Origin: Minisyncoccia bacterium
GTDB lineage: Bacteria > Patescibacteriota > Minisyncoccia > Phycocordibacterales > UBA918
Reading direction: 5' to 3'
DNA length: 64,000 bases
Assembly: GCA_046598345.1 (NCBI GenBank)
Contig: JBKJIT010000001.1
Span: forward strand, 108,251 to 172,250
In this document: piece after piece, positions 48,854 through 55,732 of the stretch
Numbering within the stretch: position 1 is the stretch's first letter
How the letters are laid out: the number at the start of each line of letters is the position of its first letter
Made by a program: the position numbers and the translations under genes
The notes under the pieces: model-generated
Databases searched by the model: none
Told to the model about the DNA's origin: nothing
The model's input: only the letters and a program-made list of their open reading frames with translations

Positions 48854-49602
48854 AACAAAAAAAAGTATTGGGAATTATACCAGCACGACTTAACTCAACA
48901 CGGCTTCCGCGCAAAATGCTGCAAGATATTTGTGGGAAGCCGATGATTCAGTGGACGTACGAGAGTGTAAAAAAGGCAAAAATTTTGGATGCTGTTGTTG
49001 TGGCAACTGACTCTATAGAAATCGCCGATGCGGTGAAAGCGGTTGGTGGTATGGTACTTATGACTTCTTCCAAACCCAAGAATGGGACAGAAAGGGTAGC
49101 TGAAGCTGCGCGACTATTTAACGGCTTTAAACCCGATATTGTTATCAACATCCAAGGAGATGAACCCATGATGCCTGTTTCTGCAATTACGAAAACGGTA
49201 GAACTACTGCTCGCAGATGGAAAAACAGTCATGTCTACAGTAGCCCGGCCATTTCCCAAAGGAGGTAACTTAGCGGAACCAGGGCAGGTAAAAGTAGTCC
49301 TTGATAAAGATAATTATGCGCTTTATTTCTCAAGGTCAAAGATTCCATATGAGAGAACGCCGTATGCCAAATTTTATAATCATATTGGAATTTATGGATA
49401 CCAGTATGAGTTTTTGCAAAAATTTGTAACCTTTAGGCAGACACCGTTAGAAAAAGCAGAACTTCTTGAGCAACTTCGTGCGCTTGAAAACGGATTCAAA
49501 ATCAAGGTGGGAATAGGAAAGTATGAAAGGCTTGAAGTAAATGAGCCGCATGAGTTAGAGGCTGTGCGTAAAATGATGGCAAGACGCTTGAAATCAAGGT
49601 AA
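48850..49602 (+). CDS. kdsB: CMP-Kdo synthetase (3-deoxy-manno-octulosonate cytidylyltransferase)
   Basis: IIPARLNSTRLP.K, GTER, NIQGDEP, ALYFSRS.IP, HIGIY, LEQLRALENG. Confidence 0.92.
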   Translation: MKQKKVLGIIPARLNSTRLPRKMLQDICGKPMIQWTYESVKKAKILDAVVVATDSIEIADAVKAVGGMVLMTSSKPKNGTERVAEAARLFNGFKPDIVINIQGDEPMMPVSAITKTVELLLADGKTVMSTVARPFPKGGNLAEPGQVKVVLDKDNYALYFSRSKIPYERTPYAKFYNHIGIYGYQYEFLQKFVTFRQTPLEKAELLEQLRALENGFKIKVGIGKYERLEVNEPHELEAVRKMMARRLKSR

Positions 49603-49674
49603 CTTTTTGGCTGAGAATCGGTTATACTCTCTGAGAAATTTAGCAGTATTTTTAATTGATCGAGGAAATAGCGT

Positions 49675-51321
49675 ATGCAGAATGAAGAGCAAAAAGAGGA
49701 TATTCTGAACCTTCCGCGCCTTAATGTTAAAGGTCGTCAACTTCACGATCTTGAGGTAATGCTCGTAGGTGGATTTTTCCCAGTTGAGGGCTTCATGGAT
49801 GAGGCAGACTACAATGCTGTCGTCGAGACTATGCACCTCGCAGATGGACAGATTTTTCCTATTCCTATTGTCCTCGACGTGCCACACGATAGCCCATATC
49901 ACGTAGGGGATCGAATCCTCCTCTGTGATCCGTTTGGAAATCCGCTTGCGATCATGAACGTGAGTTCGCGATTTACGCCAGATAAGCAAAACGAAGTACT
50001 AAAGGTCTATGGTACAGATGACCCAATGCATCCGGGTGTTCAGTATGTCCTCGATGAAATGCATGATACCTATATTGGTGGACCGGTAGCACATTTGGCA
50101 CTTCCAGTACGTCATGATTTTAAGCAGTGGAGACGGACACCGGCAGAACTCAAGGCACTTTTTAAAGAACGAGGTTGGGACAAGGTCGTTGGGTTCCAAA
50201 CACGTAACCCAATGCACCGCGCACATTTTGAGCTCGTGAAGCGTGCGTCAGAGACGGTTGGCGCACCAGTCCTCATTCATCCTGTAGTTGGTATGACGAA
50301 ACCGGGCGACATTGATTATGTCACTCGTGTGCGAACGTATAATGTTGTGCATTCAAAGTATGGAAAAGACTTTACAGAACTTTCGCTCTTACCGCTTGCA
50401 ATGCGAATGGCGGGACCGCGTGAGGCAGTGTGGCACTCGATCATTAGGCGAAACTACGGCTGCACGCACTTCATTGTGGGGCGCGATCATGCGGGGCCAG
50501 GAAAGGGAAGTGACGGCAAAGATTTTTACGGTCCGTATGAGGCCAGAGATCTTGCGCTTACTTGTGCGGACGAAGTAGGAATCACCATTGTGCCTTCGGA
50601 CGAACTCGCATATTCAAAGACACGCGATGCGTATGTTTCGACGAGTGAAGTAACTCCGGAGGACGAGATTGAGAATATTTCCGGCACTGAATTCCGACGC
50701 CGACTCTTTGCAGGAGAAGAAATTCCCGATTGGTTTTCATTTAAGGAAAGCATTGATATTTTACGCCAAAGTGTGAAGCGCGATACGCGCCCTGGAGTAG
50801 CTGTGTTTTTTACGGGTCTTTCATGTTCCGGAAAATCAACGCTTGCAAACCTTCTCCTTGCACGACTCCAGGAAATCCAAGACAGAGAGATTACACTCCT
50901 CGATGGCGATTTGATTCGGGCACACCTTTCAAAAGGACTTGGATTCTCAAAGGAGGATCGGGATGAAAATGTGAAGCGTGTCGGGTTTGTGGCGAGCGAA
51001 ATTGTGCGACACGGGGGTATTGTAATTTGCGCCCTTATTGCACCGTACAAGGATGCACGTCGCTACGTACGCAACCTGATCGAGCAGCACGGTGAATTCG
51101 TTGAAATTTTTGTCGAGACCTCGCTCGAAGAATGTGCTCGTCGCGATACAAAGGGTCTCTATGAAAAGGCGAAGCAGGGACTCATTAAAAATTTCACGGG
51201 CGTTGATGATCCGTATGAGATTCCTGAAAGCCCTGAACTTGTGGCCAAAACGGAGGAGGCGACTCCTGAGATGCTTGTCGAAGAAATCATTTCTAGCTTG
51301 AAAGACCGCAAGGTACTGTAA
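49675..51321 (+). CDS. sat: Bifunctional ATP sulfurylase/APS kinase (PAPS synthase)
   Basis: FQTRNPMHRAH, GRDHAG; C-terminal GLSCSGKST, LDGD, FTGVDDPYE. Confidence 0.95.
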   Translation: MQNEEQKEDILNLPRLNVKGRQLHDLEVMLVGGFFPVEGFMDEADYNAVVETMHLADGQIFPIPIVLDVPHDSPYHVGDRILLCDPFGNPLAIMNVSSRFTPDKQNEVLKVYGTDDPMHPGVQYVLDEMHDTYIGGPVAHLALPVRHDFKQWRRTPAELKALFKERGWDKVVGFQTRNPMHRAHFELVKRASETVGAPVLIHPVVGMTKPGDIDYVTRVRTYNVVHSKYGKDFTELSLLPLAMRMAGPREAVWHSIIRRNYGCTHFIVGRDHAGPGKGSDGKDFYGPYEARDLALTCADEVGITIVPSDELAYSKTRDAYVSTSEVTPEDEIENISGTEFRRRLFAGEEIPDWFSFKESIDILRQSVKRDTRPGVAVFFTGLSCSGKSTLANLLLARLQEIQDREITLLDGDLIRAHLSKGLGFSKEDRDENVKRVGFVASEIVRHGGIVICALIAPYKDARRYVRNLIEQHGEFVEIFVETSLEECARRDTKGLYEKAKQGLIKNFTGVDDPYEIPESPELVAKTEEATPEMLVEEIISSLKDRKVL

Positions 51322-51644
51322 TACGCAAAGGGTGCGGGGTATTGAAGCCACTCGAAGATTCCACTTCGTGAATGCTGCCGTTGATACACTCATGAATCCC
51401 GTCTGCCCCCATTTTTACGTGGTTGCAAGGGCGAATCCTATCTTTGCGTATCCAGCTCGCCATATGAAGGAGCTCGAGGGGTATGTAGGCATGCGCGGGA
51501 ATATTGACACTAAGGTAAACCTGTAACCAGGTTTTGTCTCTCTTTATACAGGGGAGGGTATCTCGTGGTATAGTCTTCGACACATGAATCCCATTAAGAG
51601 TAGAGGGATTGCGCAAAGAGTTACTAACTTTTAATTTCACTCGG

Positions 51645-53843
51645 ATGAAAGATATTGCAAAAGGAATAGTGTATTTGGGAGTTTTTGCCATCCCATTTAT
51701 TCCCCTCATTATTTCCAACACAATGTTTTTTCCCTTTATTACGGGAAAAAATTTCACCTTCCGCGTCATTGTTGAAATTATTTTTGCAGCATGGATACTA
51801 CTCGCTCTCTATGAACCTCTCTATAGGCCACGTTTTTCGTGGATAGTCGCTGGGTTTACATCGCTCCTCGTCGTAATGTTTTTTGCGAATCTTTTCGGGG
51901 CAAACCCGCTCCAGAGTTTTTGGAGCAATTTCGAACGTATGGAAGGGTATGTCACCTTGGTGCATATGTTCCTCTACTTTCTTGTGGCTGGGAGTGTACT
52001 TACTACTGATAAGCTTTGGAACCGTTTTTTCAACACAACACTTTTTGCAGCAGTACTCCTCTCGCTCTATGCATTTGCGCAGCTTTCTGGGAATATTGTT
52101 ATCAATCAGGGAGGATGGCGTCTCGATGGAACTCTGGGTAATTCAGCGTATATGGCAATCTATATGCTTTTCCACAGCTTCATAGCGCTCTTTATGCTTG
52201 TACGGACGCGTACTCGAGGACTTCAATACACGTATGGGGCGCTTTTAATTCTATTCATTTTTCTTCTCATACAGACAGCGACTCGCGGTTCAATAATCGG
52301 ATTTTTCGGGGGCCTCTTTGTGACAACGCTCTACATCACGCTATTTATCAAGGATCATCCACGAGTTCGTAAGGTAGCAATATCTTCACTCGTTGCTGTG
52401 GTTGCTCTTGTTGGACTCTTTGTTGCATTTAGGGACTCAGCACTTATTCAAAGCAACCCCTACCTCGGTCGAGTCGCGAACATAACGCTGAGTGAAGGAA
52501 ATGTACGTTTTAAAGTGTGGAATATGGCGATTGAAGGATTTAAGGAACGCCCAGTTCTTGGATGGGGACAGAGTAATTTCAACTACGTTTTCAATGAGCA
52601 CTATGATCCATCAATCTACTTTGCTGAATCATGGTATGACCGGGTGCACGATATTGCATTCGATTGGCTCATTGCAGGGGGTGTCTTAGGATTCATTGCG
52701 TACTTCTCGATTCTAGCTGCAGCACTCTACTACCTTTTCTTTAGACCACTCTTTAAGAAAGACGATGAGTCAATGACTGTGGTTGAGCGGGGTGTGCTCC
52801 TCGGTCTCCTTGCGGGATATGTCTTCCATAATATTTTCGTGTTCGACAACATCGTAAGTTATGTCTATTACGGAACCATCCTCGCATTTATTCATTCACG
52901 TGTTGCGTCGGCAATACCCAAGGTGGCAGCAGCAAAATTTGACACGCGTGTACTCGAACAGATTGCTACACCTGTTGTTGGGGTCGCACTCTTGTTTGTG
53001 ATCTACTTTGTGAATGCACCGGGTATTCGAGCTGCGAGTGACATTATTGATGCATTTTCAACACAGTCTCCAGACGCAGCCTTCCAACAGTTTGACGAAG
53101 CACTCTCGCGTAATTCATTTGGAAACCAGGAAATCCGGGAACAGCTCACGAGACAGGCACAAGCACTCATCCAGGATCCTAAAGCCGATGCAGCTCTTAA
53201 GGAAAAGGTGAAAGCACGTGTGGAAGAAGAGCTCATTAAGCAGATTGAGGAAAAGCCTAATGATGCACGTGTGCATGTATTCATTAGCTCCTTCTATCGA
53301 ATGACGGGGGATATTGATAAGGCAATCGAACAACTCGAAATAGCTCGTTCTCTTTCTCCACAAAAGCAGCAAATTATTTTTGAACAGGGGCTCGCGCATC
53401 TCCAGAAGGGTGAGAACGACATAGCACTCGCATACTTTAAAGAGGCGTATGATCTTGCACCTTCTTACTCGGAAGCCGCAGTATTCTATGCAGTTGCAGG
53501 ACTTTTCGCGGGGAAGCCAGAGATTATAGACGAAGTTCTTACCACCAAAGAGCTTAGAGATAGCTTCTCAGAAAATGATCTTGCCGTGCAAGCTGCGTAC
53601 AGCACGAAGCAATTTGATGTTCTCGAAAATATATTTAAGACTCGAATAGAACGGAAACCGGAAGATCCTCAGGCACGTACCAATCTTGCGTTTATCCTGA
53701 ATGAACAGGGTAAAACAACCGAGGCGATTGAAATTCTGAACCAAGCAGCGAAAGATATTCCGTCATTTGAAGGACAGTCACAGCAGTTTATTGCGAGTCT
53801 CCTTGCGGGAAACAGTCCAACGACGAGCCCTGTAGCACCGTAG
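51645..53843 (+). CDS. O-antigen ligase (WaaL/O-OTase)-family membrane protein with C-terminal TPRs
   Basis: FWSNFERMEG, GTLGN, TATRG, RPVLGWG..NF, WYDRVHD; helical TPR-like tail. Confidence 0.88.
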   Translation: MKDIAKGIVYLGVFAIPFIPLIISNTMFFPFITGKNFTFRVIVEIIFAAWILLALYEPLYRPRFSWIVAGFTSLLVVMFFANLFGANPLQSFWSNFERMEGYVTLVHMFLYFLVAGSVLTTDKLWNRFFNTTLFAAVLLSLYAFAQLSGNIVINQGGWRLDGTLGNSAYMAIYMLFHSFIALFMLVRTRTRGLQYTYGALLILFIFLLIQTATRGSIIGFFGGLFVTTLYITLFIKDHPRVRKVAISSLVAVVALVGLFVAFRDSALIQSNPYLGRVANITLSEGNVRFKVWNMAIEGFKERPVLGWGQSNFNYVFNEHYDPSIYFAESWYDRVHDIAFDWLIAGGVLGFIAYFSILAAALYYLFFRPLFKKDDESMTVVERGVLLGLLAGYVFHNIFVFDNIVSYVYYGTILAFIHSRVASAIPKVAAAKFDTRVLEQIATPVVGVALLFVIYFVNAPGIRAASDIIDAFSTQSPDAAFQQFDEALSRNSFGNQEIREQLTRQAQALIQDPKADAALKEKVKARVEEELIKQIEEKPNDARVHVFISSFYRMTGDIDKAIEQLEIARSLSPQKQQIIFEQGLAHLQKGENDIALAYFKEAYDLAPSYSEAAVFYAVAGLFAGKPEIIDEVLTTKELRDSFSENDLAVQAAYSTKQFDVLENIFKTRIERKPEDPQARTNLAFILNEQGKTTEAIEILNQAAKDIPSFEGQSQQFIASLLAGNSPTTSPVAP

Positions 53844-53855
53844 TGGATTGTGCGC

Positions 53856-53883
53856 TTGACGCAGGAAGTCTAGCAGCTATACT
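53856..53883 (+). promoter_or_regulatory. Sigma70-like promoter facing a non-coding structured region
   Basis: TTGACG (53856-53861), 16-nt spacer, TATACT (53878-53883). Confidence 0.6.
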
Positions 53884-53889
53884 TACGCA

Positions 53890-54098
53890 TGAGTCCACGT
53901 TGTGGAGCTCTAAATTTGAAAGTTTAACGTAAAGATCCCCGGGGTGGGGATTTTTGCGTTTTAGGGTGTGCCTCAACGTAGAAATCCTCACCCCGGGTGG
54001 GTGAGACAGTCTGGGGGAGTGTCGCAAGACTTTGAACTCTAATTTAGTCTCCCAGACTAAATTAGTATGAAAAGTTACAGCCGCTGTATGCGGTTTTT
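53890..54098 (+). ncRNA. Candidate structured RNA with alternative hairpins
   Basis: Multiple GC-rich stems, a GCAA tetraloop, promoter upstream, hairpin plus T5 at 54079-54098; no family recognised. Confidence 0.4.
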
Positions 54099-54124
54099 GC
54101 GTTTTAGGGATGGTATACTACGAG

Positions 54125-54225
54125 GAGCTCGTCTTTCGATATGGCTAGTAGCGGCGCTCACAATATTTAAACTTTCAATTAATTTGGAGTCCTGCCCCTA
54201 CTGGCCATATTGGCAGATGAGTTTT
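54125..54225 (+). ncRNA. Candidate rod-like RNA of about 100 nt, or murB leader
   Basis: GAGCTCGTCT/AGATGAGTTT and CGATATGGCTAGTAG/CTACTGGCCATATTG pair with G-U wobbles; TGGTATACT just upstream. Confidence 0.45.
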
Positions 54226-54230
54226 ATTGT

Positions 54231-55319
54231 ATGCCTTCTACTGTAAGAGAAAAGGTCCCCTTGGCCCCGTACACCACGCTTGGGATTGGTGGGGTTGCAG
54301 AATATTTTGTAGACCTGGAACATATATCGTTGTTTACAGATGTTGCAGAGTGGGCACGTGAGAAGAAACTCCCTATAACAATTCTCGGGGGAGGATCGAA
54401 TGTACTTATAGCTGATGAAGGAATTCAAGGACTCGTGATACACATGAGGACTACGGGCGTCAGGGTTCTCCATGAGGATGAGGATACCGTAGTGATTGCC
54501 GCTGCTGCAGGAGAATCGTGGGATACACTAGTGAATTTCGCAGCGGAATCGGGATACTGGGGTCTAGAAAATCTCTCGGGTATTCCGGGAAGCGTCGGCG
54601 CAGCTCCCATTCAAAATATCAATGCGTATGGAATAAGTGTAGGGGACTCTGTGTCTCACGTGCAGGCAGTCAATCTACTGACCTTAGAGGAAGTGAGTTT
54701 TTCAAAAGAAGAGTGTGCGTTTCAGTATCGCGATAGTTTTTTCAAATCAGAGAAAGGACGTGAGTTTCTTATAACCACTGTGAATGTTGTATTGCAAAAA
54801 AGACGAGGCGCAGTACTCAAGTATCGGAGTTCGTCACAGAGCATCGAACGACTTCTTTCGGAAGAAGGGATAACCGACCCAACTCCTCGTGATATACGAA
54901 GGGGAATTCTCCATATGCGACGAAACATTGGCATGCTTCTTGGGATGTATCAATCCGCAGGGTCATTCTTTAAAAATGTTCTCCTAAGTCAAGAGGAGTT
55001 TACGCGGCTCGCTGAAATAGTTGCAGCGAAGTACGGAGAAAAATCTGGAATACTTTCTCCCTGGCACTGGGAAGTGGAAGGGGGGCTTTATAAAGTGTCT
55101 ACAGCGTTTCTCATGGAGTGCACTGCATACAACAAAACGGATTTTAAAGAAAAAAGCTTTAGGGGTGTGGTGGGTATTTCACCAGGTCATACACTCTCGC
55201 TCGTTAATCAGGGCAGCGCACACGCAGCAGATGTTCGTGCGTTTGCAAAAGAGATACAGGAGACTGTACATGCAACATTTAATATTCTTATTGAACCTGA
55301 AGTACTTTTTCTTCCCTAG
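54231..55319 (+). CDS. murB: UDP-N-acetylenolpyruvoylglucosamine reductase
   Basis: TTLGIGG, LGGGSN, GLENLSGIPGSVGAAPIQNI.AYG, YRDS.FK, SAGSFFKN, EPE. Confidence 0.95.
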   Translation: MPSTVREKVPLAPYTTLGIGGVAEYFVDLEHISLFTDVAEWAREKKLPITILGGGSNVLIADEGIQGLVIHMRTTGVRVLHEDEDTVVIAAAAGESWDTLVNFAAESGYWGLENLSGIPGSVGAAPIQNINAYGISVGDSVSHVQAVNLLTLEEVSFSKEECAFQYRDSFFKSEKGREFLITTVNVVLQKRRGAVLKYRSSSQSIERLLSEEGITDPTPRDIRRGILHMRRNIGMLLGMYQSAGSFFKNVLLSQEEFTRLAEIVAAKYGEKSGILSPWHWEVEGGLYKVSTAFLMECTAYNKTDFKEKSFRGVVGISPGHTLSLVNQGSAHAADVRAFAKEIQETVHATFNILIEPEVLFLP

Positions 55320-55390
55320 TTTGCATTAAAAAACTTTTCAAAAAATATTTTATAAAAATTTTCAGTGCAGAAATTTTTTTACAAAATTAT

Positions 55391-55399
55391 TTATCCACA
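55391..55399 (+). promoter_or_regulatory. Single consensus DnaA box in an AT-rich gap
   Basis: TTATCCACA exact match. Confidence 0.35.
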
Positions 55400-55529
55400 T
55401 ATATTTTTTATTTTTTCTTGTATGAATTTTTTTTTAATAGATAATGTAATTAAGCAACGTTCTCTCAATGCTCTTTGAAAAGAGAACAATGCGGTCGAGT
55501 TGTTAAGACTAATTAATTCAAACTCAATC

Positions 55530-55622
55530 ATGGCAGCAAAAAAGAAGGCAGCTAAGAAGACAGCTAAGCGAAAGGCAGCTAAGAAGACCGCAAAGCGAAA
55601 GACAACTGCAAAGCGAAAATAA
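55530..55622 (+). CDS. Lys/Ala-rich histone H1-like microprotein (30 aa), absent from the ORF track
   Basis: MAAKKKAAKKTAKRKAAKKTAKRKTTAKRK*; strong terminator immediately after. Confidence 0.8.
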   Translation: MAAKKKAAKKTAKRKAAKKTAKRKTTAKRK

Positions 55623-55635
55623 TTTCGTTTACGCT

Positions 55636-55671
55636 AAACAAAAACACTCCCACAAGGGAGTGTTTTTGTTT
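55636..55671 (+). terminator. Bidirectional intrinsic terminator
   Basis: 16-bp perfect stem AAACAAAAACACTCCC/GGGAGTGTTTTTGTTT. Confidence 0.85.
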
Positions 55672-55732
55672 CTCTAGGACAGTTTTTTGGAGAGCATTTT
55701 TCATGCTATGCTGGGTACACTTTTAAATCCAT

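Noticed and set aside
51332-51526. 64-aa ORF between sat and the ligase
   Set aside because: No SD or recognisable motif, and competing frames on both strands; coding status undecidable.
55320-55450. Possible oriC (AT-rich stretch plus a DnaA box)
   Set aside because: Only one consensus box and no dnaA/dnaN nearby.
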